From the NCBI GenBank assembly GCA_946550725.1, contig CAMNQX010000009.1, positions 69-64,068 on the forward strand: a stretch of 64,000 nt of DNA, given 5' to 3'. A program made the translations under genes and the position numbers. The stretch comes from an uncultured Clostridia bacterium (GTDB taxonomy: Bacteria > Bacillota > Clostridia > Oscillospirales > Oscillospiraceae). A model generated the notes under the pieces. It was given only the letters and a program-made list of their open reading frames with translations, searched no databases and had not been told where the DNA came from. Of the stretch, positions 16,323 through 24,877 are shown one piece after another; the first letter of the stretch is position 1, and every line of letters starts with the position of its first letter.

Positions 16323-17558
16323 TCATTCCCGCCCCCTTCTTTTCTCTCTGGCCCTGCGGTTCAGAAAAACGACAGAGATCAGAAGGGACACGGCGCAGAT
16401 GCCGATGGAGCAGCCGTAGGTGATCCGGTACCCGGCTGCGGCGGAGGGGGCCAGATCCATGACCTTTCCAAATACGCTGGAAGAGAACAGGATCCCAAAA
16501 TCCATCGTAAAGTAAAACGTCGCGTTTGCCTCAGAGGACCGCTCCTTCGGCGAATCCACCACGGCGATGGCGTTCATCGTCGGAAGCACGGACGCGTTGC
16601 CGATGCCGTACAGGACGCCGCAGAGGAGAAAAAGAGGATAGGTGGCGGGACCGCTTTTCAGGGGAATGAAAATAGCCAGGGCGGCGGCGATGCAAAGATG
16701 GCCCGGCACGATCATCACCAGCTCCCCGTACCGGTCCGCCAGTTTGCCGCCAAACAGCCGGACGACCAGCATCGCCGCAGCGGCGGCAACGTAGAACATG
16801 GAGATCTGGGAGGGGCTTAGCCCCAGCATTTCCTGGGCATATACGGAGGAAAAAACCAAAATACAGGCAAAAGCGGCAAAAAACACCGTGTAGTTGATGC
16901 TGGGGAGCAGCGCCCTTTTCTCCAGCAGCCGTGAAAGACCCTCGCGGGGCGGTTTTTCGGCTGTCCGGCGCGCCGCCCGCTTGACCGGCGTGTATTTCAC
17001 AAAAGCGCCAAACAGAGCGCCGCAGGCGACCACCGCGGCGCAGATCAGAAACATCCGGTCATACCGGTCGTTCGCACCGACCATATGTAATGCGAGCATC
17101 GGTCCGAACGCCATGGCGAATGCGGAGCCAAGGCCGAAAAGTCCCATTCCCTCGTTCATCTGCTCGTCCGGCGTCACATCTGCGATTACAGAAGAACAGG
17201 CTACCGTAATGACGCCCTTGGCGACGCCCTGAAGCAGTCTGGCCAGGAGCGTGATGTGTTCCTTGGGCATCAGCACAAACAGAAGCGTGGAGGCGCCATA
17301 CAGCAGCGAGAAGCTGACAATGGACCGTTTCTTGCCAAATGCTTCAATGAGGGGGGCGGAAAGAAGGGCCATGAGAATAGAGCCTACATTGAAGAACGAG
17401 GTCAAAAGGCCGCCCATCGTTTTGGAACCCCACAAAAAAGCGGCAAAGGGGGAGAGCGTCGTATTCAGCATCTGTGTGGACACGTTCAGGCAAAGGACCG
17501 ACATGGTGGCCATGACGAAGCTTGCGCTCAAAAAGGCTATTTTGGGGGGTGTTTTCAT
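16323..17558 (-). CDS. MFS transporter.
   Basis: About 12 hydrophobic segments. The start is moved to the internal ATG (MKTPPKIAFL...) at 17558, which has an AAAGGGGA Shine-Dalgarno. The upstream 53 codons of the track ORF are not membrane-like. Confidence 0.8.
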   Translation of the reverse strand: MKTPPKIAFLSASFVMATMSVLCLNVSTQMLNTTLSPFAAFLWGSKTMGGLLTSFFNVGSILMALLSAPLIEAFGKKRSIVSFSLLYGASTLLFVLMPKEHITLLARLLQGVAKGVITVACSSVIADVTPDEQMNEGMGLFGLGSAFAMAFGPMLALHMVGANDRYDRMFLICAAVVACGALFGAFVKYTPVKRAARRTAEKPPREGLSRLLEKRALLPSINYTVFFAAFACILVFSSVYAQEMLGLSPSQISMFYVAAAAAMLVVRLFGGKLADRYGELVMIVPGHLCIAAALAIFIPLKSGPATYPLFLLCGVLYGIGNASVLPTMNAIAVVDSPKERSSEANATFYFTMDFGILFSSSVFGKVMDLAPSAAAGYRITYGCSIGICAVSLLISVVFLNRRAREKRRGRE

Positions 17559-17590
17559 TTTTGTTTCCCCTTTCGACGGCTGATGGCTGC

Positions 17591-17620
17591 AAACGGCAGG
17601 CCCCGAAGGGCCTGCCGTTT
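17591..17620 (-). other. Very stable hairpin in the 5' leader of the MFS/thiolase operon (13-bp perfect stem, UUCG loop on the transcript).
   Basis: AAACGGCAGGCCC-cgaa-GGGCCTGCCGTTT read directly. It lies 33-62 nt upstream of the MFS ATG. Confidence 0.6.
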
Positions 17621-17836
17621 CGGTGCTTCCCATTATATCGGTTGTTTCGTGACCCGTATATGTGCGCGCGCCTTGAAAAAGAGAAAATATGACGGAATAC
17701 TTTGTGCGAACGAACAATTTGGCGGCAAGAGGAAAACGAGGACTTCTGCATCTCCTTTGATATATTTAGGGGAATGAAAGAGAGGATTTTCGGACAAATA
17801 GAACGGTTCCCTTTCGCTTTTTATGGAACGGGCGAC

Positions 17837-17865
17837 TTGAAAAGCAACAGTTCTTGTGCTATCCT
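17837..17865 (+). promoter_or_regulatory. Sigma-70-like promoter for the PPTase gene: TTGAAA, 17-nt spacer, TATCCT.
   Basis: Read directly. The -10 ends only 8 nt before the ATG at 17874, and no Shine-Dalgarno is present. Confidence 0.4.
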
Positions 17866-17873
17866 TTATACAT

Positions 17874-18485
17874 ATGAACAACAAGAAAAGCACGGCCATT
17901 CTCTTAACAGACGTCAGATCCTTTGAGGATCAGGCGCTCTTCCTCCACTATCTGTCCAGGGCAAACGCGGAAAGGCGGCGTGAGGTTGAAGAAGAGCAAT
18001 TTGCTGACGACAGATACCTTTCTTTGGGAGGCGGGGCGCTTCTGGACCGGCTGTTGACGGAATGGGGGATCCATGGAGAGATCCGGCATGATGAGCAGGG
18101 AAAGCCTGTGGTTGACCGGCGCCCGGAGCTGCATGTCTCTCTCACCCACGCGTATCCGTATGCCGCCGCCATGATCTCCGACGCGCCCTGCGGGCTGGAT
18201 ATTGAGCGCAGGGACCGGGAGCTGGAGGCGGTCGTGCGGCGCTATTACAACGAGCGGGAAAAACGCTATGCTGGAGGGGATCAGGACAGGATCACGGACG
18301 TCTGGTGCCGGAAGGAATGCGTCATTAAATGCTGGGGGCCTCGGGACGTCAGAGAGATCGACACCTTTGCCATTCCGCCGGATCACGAGTACGTCAGTAT
18401 TCCGCTGCCCGGCTACTCCTTTGAGGTCCTCAAGAAAAAGGGAGACTACCTCTTCCGGAACGTCCGCCTGGACACGGACTGGTGA
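17874..18485 (+). CDS. Sfp-type 4'-phosphopantetheinyl transferase.
   Basis: PPTase motifs GKPVV, HVSLTHA, GLDIER and VWCRKECVIKCWG (W..KE...K). Confidence 0.85.
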   Translation: MNNKKSTAILLTDVRSFEDQALFLHYLSRANAERRREVEEEQFADDRYLSLGGGALLDRLLTEWGIHGEIRHDEQGKPVVDRRPELHVSLTHAYPYAAAMISDAPCGLDIERRDRELEAVVRRYYNEREKRYAGGDQDRITDVWCRKECVIKCWGPRDVREIDTFAIPPDHEYVSIPLPGYSFEVLKKKGDYLFRNVRLDTDW

Positions 18486-18587
18486 CCTACCTTCGTGCAA
18501 ACGAACCGGGCAACGCAGGCGCTTTGGCCGGGGACCTGTTCCGCAAGAAGACCCGCCCCATGTGTATAATAGAGGGAGGTATAGTTT

Positions 18588-20231
18588 GTGATCTTTCAGG
18601 AGCTGCTGGCGGCGTTGGCGGACGACCATCCGGTCGCTTTTGCGCAGGCGTGCCCTGAGGTACCCATCCATACGGTGATGCCGCTGGACCACCCGGTCGA
18701 GGCACGAGGCAACATCCTGTATATCGCCCGGTCGGCAGACCGCCTGACAGACCTGAGCGTTCCGGCGGACGACGCGATCTGCAATATACTGGTGCTTCAG
18801 CACATTCGGACGCTCCCGGAGAACCTGGCCCGGGGGCGTCTGAACCTGTACTGTCTTTCCGGGCCGGAGCTTTATCCCACTGTGATGGAGGAGATCGCGC
18901 GGCTGAACAGCCTTGAGATGAAGCGCAACGAATCCATAGGGGTCCTGACGGCGGCGCTGCTGTCCAACCGGGGGAATCAGAACCTTTTGGACCGGGCGCA
19001 CGAGCTGCTGGGGCATCCCATCCTGCAGATCAGCCTGGCCAGCGAAAACATACTCTATTCCTGCAGTAGGGAAGAGCTGGCGGCCTGCCCGGAGCTGGAG
19101 AAGACCATCGCGCAGATCCGCAGCGGGAAGCTGACCTCCTCCTCGTCCGCCGCCATGCTGCGGCTGCTGGGCAGCGAGGCTGTTTCCATGCTGACCGGCG
19201 AGCCTGCCCCGGAAATACTCCGGCGATTCAATGACGAGCTGCAGACAGAACAGATCTCTGTGCTGCTGCGGGTCAAGCATCTGGAAGTGGGGATCATCAC
19301 GGTATATGCCGCGGGACGTCCCTTTCAGGCGCCGGATGAAGAGATCATTCAGCGCCTGAGCGTATTGGCGGGCCAGGAGCTGCAAAAAAAGAGCCTTTAT
19401 ACCCGCAATCCAAACGAGATCAAGGCTCAATTCCTGAATCATCTGATCTCGTCGCGCACCGTTTCCGAGGACTACATTTACCAGATGACCCAACTGCGGT
19501 ATGTGACGGAGATCAAGGACAAGTTTTACCTGATGGTGGTAGAAAGCATGGATGACGTGGCGCAGTTGGACACCAACCTGTTTTCCGCCCTGCTGGCGCA
19601 GATCCAGCCGATCCTGGTCCGCGCTCTGTACCTGATCCGGGATACGGAGCTGGTGGTTCTGTTCAACCTACCGGAAAGGGCTGATATTCACAGGCTGATC
19701 GACCAGGTGCTCGCGCCGAAATGCGAAAAATATCACCTGATCGCCGGCATCAGCAACATGTACCGGGACCTGCGGGAAACCGGGAAATACTATCATCAGG
19801 CGCAGAAATCCGCGTCCCTTGGGGCGATCTATCAGGACAGCGCGCTGAACTATTTTTCGGATATCGCGCCCAAGGAGATCCTGCACTACATGGCGGGACA
19901 GGAGGACCTGCTGTCCTTTTGCGTCCCGGAGGTGCTGGACCTGATGAACTACGACAAGGAAAACGGGACGGAGCTGACAGACACGCTGTATGTCTATCTG
20001 GAGCACGTGGGTAGGACGGCGCCCACGGCCCAGGCGCTGTATATTCACAAAAATACCTTACTCTACCGCATCTCCAGGATCAAAGATATCCTTCACTGCA
20101 CCATGGAAGAGGGCGAGGATGTCTATAAGCTGATGCTGTCCATTCGGATCCTGCGTACGCTGGCGCTGTATACGCCGCCGGAGCTGCGGAAAAAGCAGAA
20201 CGATTTTTCCGCAGCTTTACGGAAGAATTGA
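18588..20231 (+). CDS. PucR-family transcriptional regulator (GTG start).
   Basis: The C-terminal LTDTLYVYLEHVGRTAPTAQALYIHKNTLLYRISRIKDIL is the PucR-type helix-turn-helix. An AGAGGGAGG Shine-Dalgarno precedes the GTG. Confidence 0.8.
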   Translation: MIFQELLAALADDHPVAFAQACPEVPIHTVMPLDHPVEARGNILYIARSADRLTDLSVPADDAICNILVLQHIRTLPENLARGRLNLYCLSGPELYPTVMEEIARLNSLEMKRNESIGVLTAALLSNRGNQNLLDRAHELLGHPILQISLASENILYSCSREELAACPELEKTIAQIRSGKLTSSSSAAMLRLLGSEAVSMLTGEPAPEILRRFNDELQTEQISVLLRVKHLEVGIITVYAAGRPFQAPDEEIIQRLSVLAGQELQKKSLYTRNPNEIKAQFLNHLISSRTVSEDYIYQMTQLRYVTEIKDKFYLMVVESMDDVAQLDTNLFSALLAQIQPILVRALYLIRDTELVVLFNLPERADIHRLIDQVLAPKCEKYHLIAGISNMYRDLRETGKYYHQAQKSASLGAIYQDSALNYFSDIAPKEILHYMAGQEDLLSFCVPEVLDLMNYDKENGTELTDTLYVYLEHVGRTAPTAQALYIHKNTLLYRISRIKDILHCTMEEGEDVYKLMLSIRILRTLALYTPPELRKKQNDFSAALRKN

Positions 20232-20299
20232 GCTTGAAAGAGATTTTCTCTGATGATACATTGGAAGAAGCTTCTAACTGTATTTTTGGGGGGATCACG

Positions 20300-20788
20300 A
20301 TGAAACCGGAATTCAAGCAGCTTTTACAGATCGGCATTATTGTACGGGATGTGGACAAGGCGGTCCGCTACTATGAAGACGTGCTGGGTATGGGGCCTTG
20401 GGAAGTGAGCTTCATGCGCGGCGACCAGCCGCCCACGGACGACCTGATGATCGACGGGAAGCGCGAGACGGGGATCGTCAGCAAGCTGGCCTTCCTTCAC
20501 GCTTACGGGATCGAGATCGAGTTGATCCAACCCATCGGCGACAGCGCCTTCAAAACGTGGCTGGAGGAACACGGCCCCGGCATCCACCATATTGCCGCCG
20601 TGACCGACACGCCCTATGAACAACTGCTGGAGGACTACAAAACGTCCACCGGCCGGGACGTGTGGATCCGCGGGCAGGGCATCGGCGGATTGATGGACTA
20701 CTCCTTCCTGGACCTGCGGGAGGAAACGGGCCTGATCGTGGAGTGCTACAAAAACGTGCATCCCGACCGGCCCCGCGTTGATTATTGA
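20300..20788 (+). CDS. VOC-family (glyoxalase/epimerase-fold) protein.
   Basis: LLQIGIIVRDVDKAVRYYEDVLGMGPW...IELIQP...GPGIHHIA is the typical VOC/methylmalonyl-CoA-epimerase-like pattern. The start is placed at the ATG at 20300 (MKPEF...). Confidence 0.75.
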   Translation: MKPEFKQLLQIGIIVRDVDKAVRYYEDVLGMGPWEVSFMRGDQPPTDDLMIDGKRETGIVSKLAFLHAYGIEIELIQPIGDSAFKTWLEEHGPGIHHIAAVTDTPYEQLLEDYKTSTGRDVWIRGQGIGGLMDYSFLDLREETGLIVECYKNVHPDRPRVDY

Positions 20789-20796
20789 GCCTTGAT

Positions 20797-20835
20797 GAAA
20801 AAGCCTTGACACAGGTAACTGTGTCAAGGCTTTTT
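20797..20835. terminator. Bidirectional terminator between the convergent VOC and LacI genes.
   Basis: GCCTTGACACAG-gtaa-CTGTGTCAAGGC flanked by an A-run and a T-run. It overlaps the LacI stop codon. Confidence 0.8.
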
Positions 20836-21885
20836 GTAAATAGCGGAGTAGGAATCGGGAGCGCGGTCAGCGCTCTTTTCTATGATGGGGCTGGATTCCC
20901 GCAGGATCAGCTCCGCGTCCAGAAGCAGGGAGTGGGGGAGAGAGTCTGGGTTGTTGATCCGCTCCGCCAGGGTCTCGCAGGCCGTGAAGCCGATCTGAAA
21001 ACAGGGCTGATTGATGGTGGAGATCGTGGGGGAGACCATGGCGGCAATATCGATGTTATCAAAGCCGATGATACTCAGCTCCTGCGGGACCCGCAGGCCA
21101 AAGCGGCGGGCGGCCCGCAGCGCGGCGATGGCAAACACATCGGACATGGCAAAAATGGCGTTTGGCCGGTTGGAGCTGCTCAGAAGCTGGCAGATCGAGG
21201 AATACCCGATGTCGTAGGAAATGTCCGGCAGGGAGATCTTCCAGTTTTGCGGCACCGTGACATTATGCCGCTCCAGGGAGGCTTCAAACCCGCGCAGCCG
21301 CTCCTGCGCATAGTTGAATGTGAGCGGCCCGTTGACAAAGGCGATTTTTTTCCGCCCGGAGGACAAAAGATAATCTGTCACGCTTTGCGCCGCGTTGAAG
21401 TCGTTGATGCCCACATACGGCACGTGGGACTTGCTGTTATATTCACAGCATTGTACCACCGGCGCGTAGCTGTCCAAGGTGTCCAGAAGGCTGGGGTCGA
21501 TCTTCGCGCTGAGGGTGATGATGCCGCCGATGTTGGCGTACTGGCGAATGTCGTTGAACCGGCTGATGGTGGAGCGGGAGATGACCTCGGGGTAGATCAG
21601 CGTATAAAAGCCGTGGGCATTGGCGGAGGCGGTGATGCCCTTCAAGATGTTGCTGTAAAAGGGATTTGCGATGGAGGGCAGGCAGACCAGGATCAGCGAC
21701 CCTGTCGGATTTCCCCCGGAGGGGAGCTCATCCGACGTGTACCCGAACTGCTGCATGACCTCCCGGACCTTGCATATGGTGCTAGCCTTCACGGTTTTTG
21801 GGTGGTTGATCACGCGGGAAACTGTGGCGGGAGACACTCCGGCGGCCTTCGCCACTTCGGACATGGATGCCTTTTTGTTGATCAT
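20824..21885 (-). CDS. LacI-family transcriptional regulator.
   Basis: N-terminal HTH MSEVAKAAGVSPATVSRVINHP and a periplasmic-binding-protein-like C-terminal part. Confidence 0.9.
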   Translation of the reverse strand: MINKKASMSEVAKAAGVSPATVSRVINHPKTVKASTICKVREVMQQFGYTSDELPSGGNPTGSLILVCLPSIANPFYSNILKGITASANAHGFYTLIYPEVISRSTISRFNDIRQYANIGGIITLSAKIDPSLLDTLDSYAPVVQCCEYNSKSHVPYVGINDFNAAQSVTDYLLSSGRKKIAFVNGPLTFNYAQERLRGFEASLERHNVTVPQNWKISLPDISYDIGYSSICQLLSSSNRPNAIFAMSDVFAIAALRAARRFGLRVPQELSIIGFDNIDIAAMVSPTISTINQPCFQIGFTACETLAERINNPDSLPHSLLLDAELILRESSPIIEKSADRAPDSYSAIYKKP

Positions 21886-22084
21886 AGCAACAACACCCTC
21901 CTATTTGTTTGGAATAATACTATTTTAGCAGATATTTTTGAATTTGCAACAGTATTTTCAGAAAAATGAAAAACTTTTCAAAAAGCTTTCACTTCGACTG
22001 AAAAAGCGCAAAAAATCGAGGTAAATCTGCATATTGTGCCTTGAGGCGCCTTGTGCAACACGACGAAATGCACAAGCGAGAAGT

Positions 22085-22120
22085 TGAAAACGTTGATTTG
22101 CTTGGACAATATGATAGAAT
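22085..22120 (+). promoter_or_regulatory. Candidate promoter of the sugar ABC operon (TTGATT, 16-nt spacer, TGaTAGAAT) overlapped by a cre/LacI-operator-like site, TGAAAACGTTGATT.
   Basis: Read directly. The operator-like site matches TGWAANCGNTNWCA at 12 of 14 positions and covers the -35. Confidence 0.4.
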
Positions 22121-22245
22121 GAAATCAGCCGAAGGGAGCGCAACGATGCACTGCGAAACGTTCTTAAAAAAATGAAAACAATTAAGAAAGATCCTGTGCA
22201 TCGCGCGGACCTTCAAAAACATCAGATTAGAAAGGAAGAACAAAA

Positions 22246-23286
22246 ATGAAGAAGACGATTGCAATGTTGCTGGCGGTGGCCATGATGTTCGGTCTGGTCG
22301 CGTGCGGGAACAAGCCCGTGGAACCCACGGACGCCCAAGGCAGTAACCCCACCGCTCCCGCCGTGGAGCCCAACACCCCCGACGACACCCAGAAGACCTC
22401 CTACAAGGTGGGCATCTCCATGTTCGTCATGGATGCGGGCATGACCGCCCTGACCGGCCTGATGCAGGACACGTTGGAAAACGCGGATGTGGACATCGAA
22501 GTGTTCACCACCTCTGCCGACTCCAGCACGGACAAGCAGAACTCCGACATCGAGGACCTGGTCACCAAGGGCTGCGACCTGATCTGGGTGCAGGGCTTTG
22601 ACAAGGACGCCATCGTTGGCGCGCTGGAGAGCGCCACGGCCGCCGGGGTGAAGGTCGCGATCTCCACCGCCGCGGAGACCGACTCCTTCACCTACCGCTA
22701 CGCCAACTCCACCGACGAGCAGACCGGCGAGATGCAGGCGGAGTGGTTCATTGAGAAGTACCTGAAGGCGAACCCCGACAAGACTTACAAGATCGCGATG
22801 TGCAACGGCACCATGTCCACCCCCGGCGGCGCCGGCCGCCGCAACGGTGTTGTCTGGACGCTGGAGGAGAGCGGCTGCACCAACTACGAGATCGTGACCG
22901 AGCAGGACAACAACTATATCACCGAAACGGCCCAGGCCTGGGCAGAGGGCCTGATGACCTCTCACCCCGAAGTGGACGTGATCTTCTGCGGGAATGACGA
23001 CATGGCCATGGGCGTGGCCAACGCCATCGACGCGGTGGGCCGTACCGGCGAGATCGTTCTGATGGGCACCGACGGCCACGACGTGGGCCTGTCGCTGATG
23101 CGGGAGGGCAAGATGTCCGCCACCGTCAGAATGAACGTGGAAGAGATCGGTAAGGGCATGGCGAATTCCATGATCGAATGCCTGAAGGGCACTCTGGAGG
23201 TCAACGAGAACAAGATGACCTACGGCGATGCTTCCAAGCTCTATACGCTGCTGGACGAGACCAACTATCAAAACTATAACGACTGA
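22246..23286 (+). CDS. Sugar ABC transporter substrate-binding lipoprotein (RbsB-like, periplasmic binding protein type 1).
   Basis: Lipobox MMFGLVAC|G and a PBP1 sugar-binding pattern, followed by the ATPase and permease genes. Confidence 0.85.
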   Translation: MKKTIAMLLAVAMMFGLVACGNKPVEPTDAQGSNPTAPAVEPNTPDDTQKTSYKVGISMFVMDAGMTALTGLMQDTLENADVDIEVFTTSADSSTDKQNSDIEDLVTKGCDLIWVQGFDKDAIVGALESATAAGVKVAISTAAETDSFTYRYANSTDEQTGEMQAEWFIEKYLKANPDKTYKIAMCNGTMSTPGGAGRRNGVVWTLEESGCTNYEIVTEQDNNYITETAQAWAEGLMTSHPEVDVIFCGNDDMAMGVANAIDAVGRTGEIVLMGTDGHDVGLSLMREGKMSATVRMNVEEIGKGMANSMIECLKGTLEVNENKMTYGDASKLYTLLDETNYQNYND

Positions 23287-23366
23287 TCAAATGCAGATTC
23301 GCTCTGGCCTTTGCCGGCTTCTGCCGGCAAAGGCCAGTTTAAAAAGGCGAGGACAAGGAGAACACT

Positions 23367-24863
23367 ATGACCAATCAAGTTATCTTGTCTGTGGAAGGCG
23401 TATCCAAGAGCTTTTTGGGTACAAAAGCGTTGAACAAGGTTTCTCTGGAAGTCTGCGAAGGTGAGGTCCATGGCGTGATCGGCGAAAACGGCGCCGGGAA
23501 ATCCACCTTAATGAACACCATTTTCGGCAGCCTGCAGCGGGATGAGGGCACCATCCGCTTCATGGGCGAGGAAGTTAACTTTAAGTACCCTGCTGATGCC
23601 TTAAAAGCGGGGATCTCCATGATCCACCAGGAAACGAGCCTGGTACAGCAGTTCACTGCATCGGAAAACATTTGGCTGGGCATGGAAGACCGCTTTGTGA
23701 AGAACGGCGTTCTGGATAACGGCGCCCGCGACGAGGCCACCAAGAAGCTGTTCGAGGAGTATGATCTGTCCATTCGCCACAACGCGGTGGTCAGCCAGAT
23801 CTCCATGGCCGCCTGTCAGATGATCGAGGTCATCCGCGCCGTAGCGGGAAACGCCAAGCTGATCATCATGGATGAGCCTACCTCCTCCTTGTCGGAAAAC
23901 GAGGTCGGCGTGCTGTTCCGCATCATCCGCAAGCTGACGAGCCAGGGCGTGGCCATCATCTATATCTCCCATAAAATCGAAGAAATTCAGGAAATCTGTG
24001 ACAGAGTTTCTGTTTACCGTGACGGCAACTATATCGGCACGCGCCCCGTTGCCGACGTTGACCGCAATCAGATCGTCTCCATGGTCGTGGGACGGGAACT
24101 GACCAGCCTCTTCCCCAAGGCGGAGGCGGAGATCGGCGACACGGTTCTGGAAGTGAAGAACCTGACCCGCTACGGCAAATTCCGTGACGTTAGCTTTACC
24201 CTGCGTAAGGGCGAGATCCTGGGCTTTGCCGGTCTGGAAGGAGCGGGGCGCAGCGAGGTGGCCTCCTGTATCTTCGGGATCGACCAGGCGGATGAAGGCG
24301 AGATCCTGATCAACGGAAAAAAGGTCAGCATCAAATCGCCCTCCGAGGCCGTTGAACTGGGGATCGGCATGGTGACGGAGGACCGGCTGCGCCGGGGCAT
24401 TATTGCCCAGATGTCCGTGAAGCACAATATGACCATGGCGCGGCTCAAGAAGTTCTGCGGAAAGGGGTTTGGCATCATCCGCGAGCGGGAAGAGACCGGC
24501 GCGGTGGATGAAATGATCAAAACCGTGCAGATCAAGGTCTCCGACCGAAACCAGCGCATCGACTCGCTGTCCGGCGGTAACCAGCAAAAGGTAATCATCG
24601 GGCGCTGGATCATGACCACCCCCCAGATCCTGATCCTGGATGAACCGACCCGGGGGATCGACGTTGGCTCCAAGAGCGAGATCCACCGCCTGATGAGCAG
24701 CTTCGTGCAGCAGGGGATGTCCATTATCCTGATCTCCTCCGAAATGCCGGAGGTTTTGGGCATGGCCGACCGCATCGTGGTCATGCGCGAAGGCAGAGCG
24801 GTGTTTACCTGCGACCGCGAAGAGGCCAACCAGGAGCTGCTTGGCAAGTATGTACTTGGATAA
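23367..24863 (+). CDS. Sugar ABC transporter ATP-binding protein (duplicated ABC cassette, RbsA/MglA type).
   Basis: Two Walker A sites (GENGAGKST, GLEGAGRSE) and the signature LSGGNQQK. Confidence 0.9.
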   Translation: MTNQVILSVEGVSKSFLGTKALNKVSLEVCEGEVHGVIGENGAGKSTLMNTIFGSLQRDEGTIRFMGEEVNFKYPADALKAGISMIHQETSLVQQFTASENIWLGMEDRFVKNGVLDNGARDEATKKLFEEYDLSIRHNAVVSQISMAACQMIEVIRAVAGNAKLIIMDEPTSSLSENEVGVLFRIIRKLTSQGVAIIYISHKIEEIQEICDRVSVYRDGNYIGTRPVADVDRNQIVSMVVGRELTSLFPKAEAEIGDTVLEVKNLTRYGKFRDVSFTLRKGEILGFAGLEGAGRSEVASCIFGIDQADEGEILINGKKVSIKSPSEAVELGIGMVTEDRLRRGIIAQMSVKHNMTMARLKKFCGKGFGIIREREETGAVDEMIKTVQIKVSDRNQRIDSLSGGNQQKVIIGRWIMTTPQILILDEPTRGIDVGSKSEIHRLMSSFVQQGMSIILISSEMPEVLGMADRIVVMREGRAVFTCDREEANQELLGKYVLG

Positions 24864-24877
24864 AGGGAGATAAAACC

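Noticed and set aside
17559-17717. N-terminal 53 codons of the MFS track ORF.
   Set aside because: The extension is not hydrophobic and runs through the strong leader hairpin. The internal ATG at 17558 has a Shine-Dalgarno and starts the first transmembrane segment.
20228-20299. TTG-initiated 24-codon extension of the VOC gene overlapping the PucR stop.
   Set aside because: The VOC fold begins right after the ATG at 20300, which is preceded by a G-rich Shine-Dalgarno-like stretch. The extension adds no recognisable sequence. The choice remains uncertain.
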